The notes under the pieces are model-generated. The model had not been told where the DNA came from. It did not search any database and saw only the letters and a list, made by a program, of their open reading frames with translations. From assembly GCA_014239505.1 (NCBI GenBank), contig JAAZYT010000173.1, forward strand, positions 1 through 47,598: 47,598 nucleotides of DNA. Reading direction: 5' to 3'. Positions within the stretch are counted from its first letter, which is position 1. Every line of letters starts with the position of its first letter. The stretch comes from Fidelibacterota bacterium. Its GTDB lineage: Bacteria > Fidelibacterota > Marinisomatia > Marinisomatales > TCS55. Of the stretch, positions 17,479-27,209 are shown piece by piece. The position numbers were made by a program, and so were the translations under genes.

Positions 17479-20450
17479 TTTTCTTCTCCTTCATAAGTAT
17501 AAGAATCAAAAGCATCGCATGATTCAAAACGATTACCGCTTCTTCCATTCGCTTTCATCTTTTTTCCTCCAAGATCAGGTGATAATAATATCTTTTGAAT
17601 CAGATCATTTCTTATTTTTGAATCCCTTCCCCTTAAGAACTTATCTTGTTCAAGAGAGAAGTATTGTTTACCGTCAAGCCACGTTTGTTCACATATAGAG
17701 TATGAAGATAATGGATGACCTGACCAAATAACAAAGTCAGCATCTTTACCTTCTTCTAAAGAACCAACATATTTATCTATTTTTAATTGTTTGGCTGGAT
17801 TAATGGTGACAAACTTTAAGGCCTCAGATTCTTCTAATCCTCCATATTTTACAGCTTTAGCAGCTTCTAGATTCATACGTCTTGCTAATTCATCACTATC
17901 AGAATTAAATGAAACATTAACTCCAGCATTAGCCATAAGAGTACCATTATAACCAATAGCATCAACTACTTCATATTTATAGGCCCACCAATCAGAAAAG
18001 GTTGATGCACCAGCACCATGTTCAGCTAATCGTTCAGCAACTTTATATCCTTCAAGGACATGTTGAAAAGTAGCAATAGTAAATCCAAAGTCTTCAGCAA
18101 TTCGAGTAAGCATGAGAATTTCATCTTGACGGTAAGAATGAGAATGAACAAGGCGAGTGCCTTCCATAATTTCAACTAAAGCATCAAGTTCAAGATCGCG
18201 TCTAGGAGGAAGAGATGATCTTTGTAGTTTTACATCTTTATTATACGTCTCCCAGCTTTTTTTGTAATCACGAGCAGCCGTAAAAGCATCTCGAATTACT
18301 TGTTCGACACCCATTCGAGTTTCAGGGTATCGACCATAAGAACGTTTGCGCTTTACGTTCTCACCTAAAGCAAATTTAATTCCTTGAGGAGCTTTATTAA
18401 AAATAAGTTTATCTGAAAAGTTACCCCATCGGAGTTTCATAATTACATTTTGTCCTCCAATTGGATTTGCTGATCCATGAAGTAAATTAATTGTAGTTAA
18501 TCCTCCTGCAAGAGCTCTATAAAGAGCAACGTCATTAGGGTCGATGACATCTCTCATTCGGACCTCAGCACTAACATTTTGAAACCCTTCATTAATTGAT
18601 TCACCAGCCATATGACTATGGGCATCAATCAAACCTGGTGTTATATGCTTTCCTTTCCCTTCAATGATTAGAGCTTTTCCACGTGGTAATGAAATATTTT
18701 TTGCAATTTTTTTAACTTTACCATTCTGAAATAGTATATCCCATTCTTTTAATATTCCATTTGGTCCAGATGTCCAAATAGTAGCATCGTTTACTAAAAT
18801 AGTATTTGGGCTTGGAACTGGACTATCTAAACCATAGGCTCCTTCAGGAAAAACTAAGGAAAGGTCACTGGCCTTATCTTTCTTTAGTTTTTTAACTTTT
18901 TCTTTAATGATTGAATCAAACTTGGCTGACCATAATCCGTTTGTTCCATCGGCATAAGTTACACGACCAGATACACTTTTATTTTTTATAATACCTTGAA
19001 ATCGTGTTACACCAGATTGTATTAAAGTATCAGTCTCAATTGAAAATCTAATTCGATCTTGATCTAAATTATAATTTGCTAATTTTATTGATTTACTATC
19101 AGTTTTAAGGGAACCGCCATTTGATGAAATAGTCAATTCCCAAGAATTATTTCCTTCTATTAGTATCCATTTACCTTGAGCATTAATTATTGGATCTGGT
19201 GAGACTTCAAATTTTTCTCCATCTATCCAAACAGCATTAATTTTTGATTTACTTTCAAAATAATTACCATCAACAATAACAAGATTTGCAATAAATCCAG
19301 TTTCTACTTGTCCTAATCTTTTGGCTTGTCCAAACTTTTTTGCAGGGATTGTTGTTAATGCAGCTAAAGCTTTTGATTCATCCAATCCACGATCAATAGT
19401 TCGGGAAAGATTGTTTTTAAAATCTTGTCTATTTTTTAAACCATCGCTTGTTAATGAAAATTCAAATCCTGCTTTAGCAAGTTTTTTTGCATTGTCGGGA
19501 GCCATATCCCAATGTTTTAGTTGTTCTATTGAGTATTGCAGTGAATTATATGGATCAGCTACTTCAGGTTTTCCAGGAAAATTTACTGGAACAATCATGA
19601 ATGAGGCTGGCATTTCATCAATCCGTCTATATTCATATCCATTACCTTTAATCCATAAGTTTATATCAAATTCTTCAGAAATATTATTTGAACGATCAAT
19701 ATATAATTCATTATTTGTTCGAAAAATGAAAGGTTGCTTATTCTTTTTTGCTAAAGCTAAGGATGATAAAGAACGATCCATTTGAATAGGTTCATTGCCA
19801 TCAGGATATTTTTCTAATATTTCAAGACTCTTCTCATACCAACTTGCATCAATGAATCCTTGTCTAATAAATGATATAGTACCTAATAAGGAAGATGGAT
19901 ATTCTTTCCCTTGCCATCCACCTGAAACATATTCAATTACCTGTGCTACGTTATTTGAAAGAACTTTTGGTTTATCTCCAAGTTGTACTAACCCTGAAGC
20001 ACCTTGAAATATTCCACCTTTAGGAACGATGTGAGCTGTAGTAAAGCCAAGCGCTCTCAGATTTTTCATCATTTTATCTTTTGGCTGAAATATATCAGTT
20101 GCATTTAAATATGCGCGCATATTTGAATTCCAATAAGCCTGTAGTGAGGTATCTATTGTAGCAGTTTGTACATCTAGCCAGCTTTCAATAAAACCCGCAT
20201 ATATATGTTTACCATTCATATCTAAGATTGTAGCTTGATTTGGAATTTTTATTTTTGAACCGACATTAGTAATCATTCCATTACGAATAATAACTGTTCC
20301 ATCATTTATTGTTATAGTTGGAGAAGAATGGATAATTGCATTAGTTAATGCCCATACTCGAGGGGGGTTTCTATGTAGTTCTTTAGCTGGCTCAACTTGT
20401 CCAGTAAGAAAAGAAACTAAAACTATAAATAGGATTGTTTTGTATTTCAT
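17475..20450 (-). CDS. Large secreted two-module amidohydrolase-family protein
   Basis: Signal peptide MKYKTILFIVLVSFLTG. The N-terminal module is degenerate (GKHIYAGFIESWLDV). The C-terminal module has HITPGLIDAHSHMAG. Confidence 0.75.
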   Translation of the reverse strand: MKYKTILFIVLVSFLTGQVEPAKELHRNPPRVWALTNAIIHSSPTITINDGTVIIRNGMITNVGSKIKIPNQATILDMNGKHIYAGFIESWLDVQTATIDTSLQAYWNSNMRAYLNATDIFQPKDKMMKNLRALGFTTAHIVPKGGIFQGASGLVQLGDKPKVLSNNVAQVIEYVSGGWQGKEYPSSLLGTISFIRQGFIDASWYEKSLEILEKYPDGNEPIQMDRSLSSLALAKKNKQPFIFRTNNELYIDRSNNISEEFDINLWIKGNGYEYRRIDEMPASFMIVPVNFPGKPEVADPYNSLQYSIEQLKHWDMAPDNAKKLAKAGFEFSLTSDGLKNRQDFKNNLSRTIDRGLDESKALAALTTIPAKKFGQAKRLGQVETGFIANLVIVDGNYFESKSKINAVWIDGEKFEVSPDPIINAQGKWILIEGNNSWELTISSNGGSLKTDSKSIKLANYNLDQDRIRFSIETDTLIQSGVTRFQGIIKNKSVSGRVTYADGTNGLWSAKFDSIIKEKVKKLKKDKASDLSLVFPEGAYGLDSPVPSPNTILVNDATIWTSGPNGILKEWDILFQNGKVKKIAKNISLPRGKALIIEGKGKHITPGLIDAHSHMAGESINEGFQNVSAEVRMRDVIDPNDVALYRALAGGLTTINLLHGSANPIGGQNVIMKLRWGNFSDKLIFNKAPQGIKFALGENVKRKRSYGRYPETRMGVEQVIRDAFTAARDYKKSWETYNKDVKLQRSSLPPRRDLELDALVEIMEGTRLVHSHSYRQDEILMLTRIAEDFGFTIATFQHVLEGYKVAERLAEHGAGASTFSDWWAYKYEVVDAIGYNGTLMANAGVNVSFNSDSDELARRMNLEAAKAVKYGGLEESEALKFVTINPAKQLKIDKYVGSLEEGKDADFVIWSGHPLSSYSICEQTWLDGKQYFSLEQDKFLRGRDSKIRNDLIQKILLSPDLGGKKMKANGRSGNRFESCDAFDSYTYEGEEK

Positions 20451-20458
20451 AAATCTCC

Positions 20459-21289
20459 TTAAAAATTTGGTCCACTTAAATGAGTGGCTCTTATTTTTTT
20501 GGTTAAATATTTATAGGCATCATCAACTGAATCACTAATATGAAATAAATCAAGATCAGATTTTGATATTACGCCTTTTTCAACTAGAAAGTCCCAATTG
20601 ACAACTTTATTCCAAAAGTGACTATCAAAAAGAACAATAGGTATCTTTTTACGCAATTTTTTTGTTTGAATAAGAGTTAAAGCTTCCATTACCTCATCTA
20701 ATGTTCCAACACCTCCTGGCCATACAACCATAGCTTTGGCTAAGTAAAGAAACCAAAACTTTCTCATAAAAAAGTAATGAAAATTTATTTCAAGATCATC
20801 AGAAATCCATTCATTCCCAGATTGCTCAAATGGAAGTGAAATAGATAATCCTACCGCTAGACCTTTTGCTTCTGTTGCGCCACGATTTGCCGCTTCCATT
20901 ATTCCTGGACCACCACCTGAAGTAACAATAAATCTTTTTTTCTTATATTTGAGTTTTTTGCTCCATTTAGTCATTTTATAAGATAGCTCACGAGCTGATT
21001 CATAATAAAAACTCATATCTAAGTCTGTTTCTAATATTTTTTTCTTTTTCTTTGAAATATTTTTTGGGGCATTATTAAGAGCAGCTGTAGCATCTTCTTT
21101 TGATTTTAATCTTGCAGATCCAAAAAAAACAACTGTGTCTTGAATATTGTTGCGTTTAAATCTTTGAAAAGGTCCATAGTACTCTGATAATAATCTAACC
21201 GAACGACCATCGGGGCTTCCAAGGAATTCTTTATTATAATAAAAGCGATCTTTGTTCTCTTTATTCTGATCTTTATTGTCTTTATTCAT
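20459..21289 (-). CDS. LOG-family (TIGR00730) nucleotide 5'-monophosphate nucleosidase-like protein
   Basis: Contains SGGGPGIMEAANRGA and PGGVGTLDE motifs, plus an N-terminal K/D/N-rich low-complexity tail. Confidence 0.85.
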   Translation of the reverse strand: MNKDNKDQNKENKDRFYYNKEFLGSPDGRSVRLLSEYYGPFQRFKRNNIQDTVVFFGSARLKSKEDATAALNNAPKNISKKKKKILETDLDMSFYYESARELSYKMTKWSKKLKYKKKRFIVTSGGGPGIMEAANRGATEAKGLAVGLSISLPFEQSGNEWISDDLEINFHYFFMRKFWFLYLAKAMVVWPGGVGTLDEVMEALTLIQTKKLRKKIPIVLFDSHFWNKVVNWDFLVEKGVISKSDLDLFHISDSVDDAYKYLTKKIRATHLSGPNF

Positions 21290-21394
21290 TATTACACTCC
21301 TAGTGTATTTAGTTTATTCTTTATTATTTTGTTTACAAATTTATAATAAAAAAATAGTAAGTATATTAATAGAATAAAAAATAAGGTTTGTGAA

Positions 21395-21808
21395 ATGAAT
21401 AAGACATCAACAGTAGAATACCTAGGCGAACTTAGAACAAAATTAACGCATATTGAATCAGGTGATAAGATTTTTACTGATGCTCCAAAAGATAATGAAG
21501 GAAGAGGCGAAGCATTTGCTCCAACAGATTTAGTTGCAACTTCTTTAGCTAGTTGTATGATCTCTGTAATGGGAATAAAAGCCCGTAAAAACGATATTGA
21601 TTTATTAGGAACTAAAGCTGAAATTTTAAAAGTAATGCAAGCTAATCCACGGCAAATTTCTAGAATAGAAGTCAAAGTTATTTTTCCTAAAAACTATAGC
21701 GATAAAAATAAAAATATTCTTGAGCGTACTGCTTTAACTTGCCCTGTTGGAAAAAGTCTTAGTAATGAAATTAATCAGGTCATATCATTTATTTATCCAG
21801 ATGAATGA
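21395..21808 (+). CDS. OsmC/Ohr-family peroxiredoxin-like protein
   Basis: FAPTDLVATSLASCMISVMG and LTCPVGKSL, the two conserved Cys contexts of the OsmC family. Confidence 0.85.
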   Translation: MNKTSTVEYLGELRTKLTHIESGDKIFTDAPKDNEGRGEAFAPTDLVATSLASCMISVMGIKARKNDIDLLGTKAEILKVMQANPRQISRIEVKVIFPKNYSDKNKNILERTALTCPVGKSLSNEINQVISFIYPDE

Positions 21809-21858
21809 GATTCTATGTTGGATTCATTTTAGTCTAATACTAAGTTTTCATTATAATT

Positions 21859-22527
21859 ATGACTTCGGAATTCAAGCTAGCCCCATCAATCTTATCCGCT
21901 GACTTTGCAGATCTCAAATCTGCACTAACTCAATGTGAGTCTGGTGGAGCACATTGGATTCATATTGATGTGATGGATAATCAGTTTGTTCCAAACTTAA
22001 CAATAGGTCCACCTGTCGTTAAATCTTTAAGATCAAAAACAAACAAATTTTTTGATGTTCATATGATGGTAATCGACCCGGAAAACCTTGTTGAACCTTT
22101 TGCAAAAGCAGGAGCAGATATGATAACCTTTCATGTCGAAGCAACTAATGACATCCAATCTGTTATTGATCTAATTAAAGCTACAGGAACTCAAGTAGGT
22201 TTATCTATTAAACCATCAACTGAACTTTCATCAATCGAGCCTTATTATGATCAATTAGATCTTATTCTAGTTATGAGTGTAGAACCTGGATTTGGTGGCC
22301 AAGGATATATCAAAAGTTCAACAGAGCGCGTTGTAAAAATAAAAAAAAGATTAACTGAATTATGCCTTCAAGATCAAGTTCTAATTGAAGTTGATGGAGG
22401 AATAAAATTACATAATGCTAAAGAAGTGATTGATGCAGGTGCTGATGTTTTAGTAGCCGGATCTGCTGTTTTTGGAACAAGTGATCCAGTGCAAACAATT
22501 AAAGATTTTTATAATTTATCAAATTAA
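21859..22527 (+). CDS. rpe: Ribulose-phosphate 3-epimerase
   Basis: APSILSADFADL..., HIDVMDNQFVPNLTIGP, MSVEPGFGGQ and VDGGI. Confidence 0.95.
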   Translation: MTSEFKLAPSILSADFADLKSALTQCESGGAHWIHIDVMDNQFVPNLTIGPPVVKSLRSKTNKFFDVHMMVIDPENLVEPFAKAGADMITFHVEATNDIQSVIDLIKATGTQVGLSIKPSTELSSIEPYYDQLDLILVMSVEPGFGGQGYIKSSTERVVKIKKRLTELCLQDQVLIEVDGGIKLHNAKEVIDAGADVLVAGSAVFGTSDPVQTIKDFYNLSN

Positions 22528-22533
22528 AAATAA

Positions 22534-24537
22534 ATGCGATCCTATCTAGATATTGATACGTTTTCTGAATGGACAAATGAAGAGCAAAACCAGTTTGCCT
22601 TATCAGTAACCAAAGGATTGATTATAGATATGGTGCGAAAAGCAAACTCTGGCCATAGCGGTGGACCAATGTCTTCTGCAGATTTTTCTCAAATACTTTT
22701 CACTGAATATTTAAATTTTGATCCAAGTGATCCTGAATGGTTTAATAGAGATAGATTCGTTTTGTCGGCGGGTCATGAATCAGCTTTAATTTATGCGATT
22801 TTAACTCAATTGGGTTGGCTAAACATTGATGATCTTCAAAAATTTAGACAACTTAACAGTCGTACACCAGGTCATCCTGAAGTAGAAATACCTGGTGTAG
22901 AAGCAACGACAGGCCCATTAGGTCAAGGATTTGGTATGGCAGTTGGGATGGCCACAGCAGAATCAATGCTAAGAGCAAGTGTCAGTGAACTAATTGATCA
23001 TTTTACTTATGTTGTGGCAGGAGATGGCGATTTTCAGGAACCTGTAGTTTTAGGTGCAGCATCTATGGCGGGTCACTGGGGTTTATCCAAATTAATTGTG
23101 TTTTACGATTCAAACAATGCACAGATATCTGGAAAAGTTGATAGGTCTGATTCAACAAACTATGCTCAAGTATTTGAAGGATTTGGTTGGCATGTTCAAG
23201 AAATTGATGGACATAATCATGAAGAAATTCGTGAAGCTTTAGAAAAGGCCCAGGTTGTTGACAGACCTAGTCTTATAATAGGAAAGACTATTATGGCTAT
23301 GGGCTCTGCAACAATGGAAGGTGATTATGAAACACATGGAGCTCCTTTACCTCTAGATGAGATTGCTAAGACAAAAGAAAAACTGGGATTACCTTCGGAA
23401 CCATTTTATTTGCCAAATGAAGTTATTTCTCATTTTCAAAACAGATTTAATAGTTTAAAAGAAAAAGTGATTGATTGGAATGAATCTGTAAGTGAATCAT
23501 GTAAAGATAAAAATTTCAAACTACTTTGGAATAATACGGTTAAAGAAGAATTAGATAATATTGACTTACCAGTATTTGAAAGGGGTGCATCAATAGCTAC
23601 CCGTAAAGCTTTTGGTACAACTCTTGATGAATTTGCAAAACAATTACCTTCTCTTGTTGGAGGATCTGCAGATCTTGAACCATCAAATTATACAGGAAAT
23701 TTTGCATCAACCTACGGTGATTTTAGTAAAGATAATCGTTTAGGTAGAAACTTAGCTTTTGGAGTTAGAGAATTTCCTATGGCAGCAGCAATGAATGGTA
23801 TTGCTTTGCATGGTGGATTAATCCCTTTTGGTGGAACATTTCTTGTTTTTGCTGATTATGAGCGCCCTGCTCTAAGGTTAGGTGCGATTCAAAACTGTCG
23901 AGTGATTCATGAATTTACTCATGATTCCTTTTGGGTTGGAGAAGATGGGCCAACTCATCAACCTATTGAACATGCTATGGCTCTTAGAGCCATTCCAAAC
24001 CTTAATGTTTTTAGACCTGCTGATGCACAAGAAACTACTGCTTGTTTTAAAATGTCAATTGAACAAAAAAGTTCACCGAACGCATTACTTTTAACTCGTC
24101 AAGGAGTAAAAGTCCTCGATCAAAGTATGGAAAAAACGATTGATGGAGTTTCAAAGGGTGCATACGATGTTACCAACTGTGATAACCCAGAGCTTATTTT
24201 ATTAGCTACAGGCTCTGAAGTTGGTTTAGCAATGGAAGTTTCTCAATTAATGCAAGATAAAAAAGTACGAGTAGTTAGTATGCCATGTTGGGAAATTTAT
24301 GAAAAGCAGCCAGAAGACTATAAAAGTTTATTAATTCCTAAAAGAGGTGCAATGAAAGTTTCAATAGAGGCTGGAATTACTATGGGTTGGGATAAATATA
24401 TTGGTTCAAATGGCCTAAGTATTGGATTAGACCACTATGGTGCATCTGCACCAGGAAAAGATCTCGCTGAAGAATTTGGATTTACTGCCACTAAAGTTGA
24501 AGCGAAAATTCGTGAGCATTTGAATAAGTTATTATGA
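22534..24537 (+). CDS. tkt: Transketolase
   Basis: ANSGHSGGPMSSAD, GDGDFQEPV and THDSFWVGEDGPTHQPIEH. 667 aa. Confidence 0.95.
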   Translation: MRSYLDIDTFSEWTNEEQNQFALSVTKGLIIDMVRKANSGHSGGPMSSADFSQILFTEYLNFDPSDPEWFNRDRFVLSAGHESALIYAILTQLGWLNIDDLQKFRQLNSRTPGHPEVEIPGVEATTGPLGQGFGMAVGMATAESMLRASVSELIDHFTYVVAGDGDFQEPVVLGAASMAGHWGLSKLIVFYDSNNAQISGKVDRSDSTNYAQVFEGFGWHVQEIDGHNHEEIREALEKAQVVDRPSLIIGKTIMAMGSATMEGDYETHGAPLPLDEIAKTKEKLGLPSEPFYLPNEVISHFQNRFNSLKEKVIDWNESVSESCKDKNFKLLWNNTVKEELDNIDLPVFERGASIATRKAFGTTLDEFAKQLPSLVGGSADLEPSNYTGNFASTYGDFSKDNRLGRNLAFGVREFPMAAAMNGIALHGGLIPFGGTFLVFADYERPALRLGAIQNCRVIHEFTHDSFWVGEDGPTHQPIEHAMALRAIPNLNVFRPADAQETTACFKMSIEQKSSPNALLLTRQGVKVLDQSMEKTIDGVSKGAYDVTNCDNPELILLATGSEVGLAMEVSQLMQDKKVRVVSMPCWEIYEKQPEDYKSLLIPKRGAMKVSIEAGITMGWDKYIGSNGLSIGLDHYGASAPGKDLAEEFGFTATKVEAKIREHLNKLL

Positions 24538-24971
24538 AAATTCATGTTGCGACAGATCATGCTGGGTTAGAATTAAAAAACTCAATAAGAGATTATCTTA
24601 TTAATAATGGGCACGATGTAACAGATCATGGAGCTCATGAGTATGATGCTTTAGATGACTACCCCGATTTTATTTTTCCTTGTGCACATGCAGTAGCTAA
24701 AGACCCTTCAAGTCGTGGTATAATATTAGGAGGATCTGGTCAAGGTGAAGCAATGGCTGCTAATCGTGTTAAAGGTGTAAGAGCAGCAGTGTTTTATAAT
24801 GGGCCTAGTGAAATTGTTAAGCTTTCAAGAGAACACAATAATGCAAATATACTTTCTTTAGGTGCTCGTTTTATGACTGAAGATGAAATACATAGCATTC
24901 TTGAAATGTGGCTTTCGGAACCATTTGGAGAAGGAAGACACCAAAAAAGAATTGATAAACTAGATCAATAG
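24534..24971 (+). CDS. rpiB: Ribose-5-phosphate isomerase B
   Basis: MKIHVATDHAGLELKN..., GILLGGSGQGEAMAANR-like motif, and NILSLGARF. ATGA overlap with tkt. Confidence 0.9.
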   Translation: MKIHVATDHAGLELKNSIRDYLINNGHDVTDHGAHEYDALDDYPDFIFPCAHAVAKDPSSRGIILGGSGQGEAMAANRVKGVRAAVFYNGPSEIVKLSREHNNANILSLGARFMTEDEIHSILEMWLSEPFGEGRHQKRIDKLDQ

Positions 24972-25546
24972 CTTTTATTTATAATACCTTTTAAATCTTT
25001 ACGTGTATTCATATTTGCAAATTCTTTTTGATTGTCATTTATTGGTACATAGTCAGTTTTTATTAATTGCAATATATCAAGAACTTTGAGGTTTTTATTT
25101 ATAAGCTCTTTTTTAATATTTAAATGAGCTTTCTGATTATAAAATGCACAAACAGGGTTGCTTTGCTCTTTAATGATTGGAACAATAGCATCAGCTGACT
25201 TATTTCCATTAGCCCAAATTTTACGAATCATTTCAGAAGACATTAATGGTAGATCGCATGATATTATGAAATTCCATTTTTCTTTGCTGTGACTTAAAGC
25301 TGAATATATTCCATTTAGAGGGGATTGAATTTTTACTATTTCATCCTCAAGAAATGGATATTTAATTTGATTATGCCTTGATTTACCTATTATATATCGT
25401 TTTTTAAAAACTTTGCATATTTTCCATGTATGATCAATTAAACGAACTCCATTTAGTTTTGCTGCCCATTTTGGAGAGCCAAAACGTTTACTTGAGCCTC
25501 CAATAAGAACATATGCATTTGCATTAATTTTTGTAGACGATTGCAT
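24965..25546 (-). CDS. mobA: Molybdenum cofactor guanylyltransferase (MobA-like NTP transferase)
   Basis: N-terminal YVLIGGSSKRFGSPKW (GGxSxRxGxxK). About 190 aa. Divergent from the Mo-enzyme operon. Confidence 0.75.
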   Translation of the reverse strand: MQSSTKINANAYVLIGGSSKRFGSPKWAAKLNGVRLIDHTWKICKVFKKRYIIGKSRHNQIKYPFLEDEIVKIQSPLNGIYSALSHSKEKWNFIISCDLPLMSSEMIRKIWANGNKSADAIVPIIKEQSNPVCAFYNQKAHLNIKKELINKNLKVLDILQLIKTDYVPINDNQKEFANMNTRKDLKGIINKSY

Positions 25547-25597
25547 TATAACTTTTCGTTAATATTTGGTATCTAAATATACGAGATAAGTAAGTAT

Positions 25598-27208
25598 ATG
25601 AATTATGGATTTGTAATAGATAATCGCATGTGCATTGGATGTCATGCTTGTACTGTAGCTTGCAAAAGCGAGCATGATGTTTCGATTGGTGTCAATCGTA
25701 CACATGTTAAGTATATTGAAAAAGGTGAGTTTCCTAATTCAACTCGCGAATTTTCAGTCCATCGATGTAATCATTGTGCTGATGCACCATGTGTAGAAAT
25801 TTGTCCAACAACAGCTCTCTATGATCGAGCTGATGGGATTGTAGATTTTGACAACGATCGTTGCATAGGGTGTAAGTCTTGCATGCAGGCTTGTCCTTAT
25901 GATGCTCTTTATATTGATCCTGATACCAATACAGCAGCAAAGTGTAACTACTGTGCTCATAAAGTTGATTCTGGTTATGAGCCAGCCTGTGTAACAGTAT
26001 GCCCTGTCGAAGCTATCATCTCAGGAGATTTAGATGATCCCAGCACTCATATTTCACAATTGGTTGCAAATGAAAATACGATGACTCGTAAGCCAGAAAA
26101 GATGACGGATCCTAATTTATATTATGTAAATGGCTCAAAAGAAATGCTTGATCCAAATGCAACTTCACAAGAAGACACATATGTTTGGTCCGAACAATCC
26201 CAAGGAGTAGGACATTATGCTAAATATGCAGATAAGAGGTTAGCTGATTCTGATACAGAAAATTTATTAGTGCAATTAGCGATGGAGAATTCAGCTAGAA
26301 CTGGTAAGTCTTTTGATCAAAGAGCAATAGATAATGTAGCTAAAGAAATTCAGCAAGATATAGATCAAGGAGACGCACGTAGAGTTTATGATTCTCCAAG
26401 TAAAGGTGTATTATGGGGATGGGAAGTCTCAGGATATGTATGGACAAAAGCTATGGCAACTGGAACTTTTTTAATGATGGGTTTATGGAATTTTTTAAAA
26501 GGACCTTTAGACAGTTCTTCTGAGTTTTATGGCCTCATAACTACATTAATTTTTATGGGTATTACTGGAGCTCTATTGGTCAAAGATTTGGACCGACCTG
26601 ATCGGTTTCTTTATGTCTTACTACGTCCTCAGTGGAAATCATGGTTAGTTAAAGGAGCGTATATTATTACAATTTTTGGTGGGCTAGTTACGATAAAATT
26701 GATTGATAATATTTATGGGTTTAATTGGAATTGGTTATGGGTGCTAGGTTCAATTTTTTCAGTATTGGGTGCTATTTATACTGCATTTCTCTTTGCCCAG
26801 GCTAGAGCAAGAGATTTGTGGCAATCTAAATGGGTTTCTGCTACTCATATGCTTGTACATGCAATTATTTCTGGCTCTTTTGTTTTGATGATTATTTCAC
26901 CTTTATCCAAAAACTATATGGCTAATTTCCTACTCCTCTCAATCACTATTAATATTATCATTATAATGAAAGAAATACTTTTTCCTCATAATACTCCTGA
27001 TTCAAAGAAAGCTATTCATCTCATGACTAAAGGATATTATTCAAAATATTTTTGGTTAGGTATTACACTTGGAAGTTTTATACCAATTATAATGCTAAGC
27101 ACTCAAATTGGAGAATTAGTAATTATTGCTGGAGTTTTATCATTGATTGGGAATTATTTAACAGAATATGTTCGTATTAGAATACCACAAATGATACCAT
27201 TGAGTTAA
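25598..27208 (+). CDS. Fusion of a four-cluster [4Fe-4S] ferredoxin subunit (PsrB/DmsB/NrfC-like) with an 8-TM NrfD/PsrC-like quinone-interacting membrane subunit
   Basis: Cys clusters CIGCHACTVAC, CNHCADAPCVEICP, CIGCKSCMQACP and CNYCAH...CVTVCP lie in the first ~165 aa. A hydrophilic linker of about 110 aa follows. Then come eight hydrophobic helices starting at GVLWGWEVSGYVWTKAMATG. No signal peptide. Confidence 0.85.
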   Translation: MNYGFVIDNRMCIGCHACTVACKSEHDVSIGVNRTHVKYIEKGEFPNSTREFSVHRCNHCADAPCVEICPTTALYDRADGIVDFDNDRCIGCKSCMQACPYDALYIDPDTNTAAKCNYCAHKVDSGYEPACVTVCPVEAIISGDLDDPSTHISQLVANENTMTRKPEKMTDPNLYYVNGSKEMLDPNATSQEDTYVWSEQSQGVGHYAKYADKRLADSDTENLLVQLAMENSARTGKSFDQRAIDNVAKEIQQDIDQGDARRVYDSPSKGVLWGWEVSGYVWTKAMATGTFLMMGLWNFLKGPLDSSSEFYGLITTLIFMGITGALLVKDLDRPDRFLYVLLRPQWKSWLVKGAYIITIFGGLVTIKLIDNIYGFNWNWLWVLGSIFSVLGAIYTAFLFAQARARDLWQSKWVSATHMLVHAIISGSFVLMIISPLSKNYMANFLLLSITINIIIIMKEILFPHNTPDSKKAIHLMTKGYYSKYFWLGITLGSFIPIIMLSTQIGELVIIAGVLSLIGNYLTEYVRIRIPQMIPLS

Positions 27209-27209
27209 A

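Noticed and set aside
21292-21675. A 127-aa minus-strand ORF overlapping the OsmC gene.
   Set aside because: It lies antisense to a gene with clear OsmC-family motifs, its sequence is low-complexity and hydrophobic with no recognisable domain, and it shares its span with a well-supported CDS.
24965-24971. A 7-bp convergent overlap of the rpiB and mobA stop regions.
   Set aside because: It is real in the sequence, but it is a common consequence of tight packing. I see no hairpin or other signal suggesting antisense regulation.
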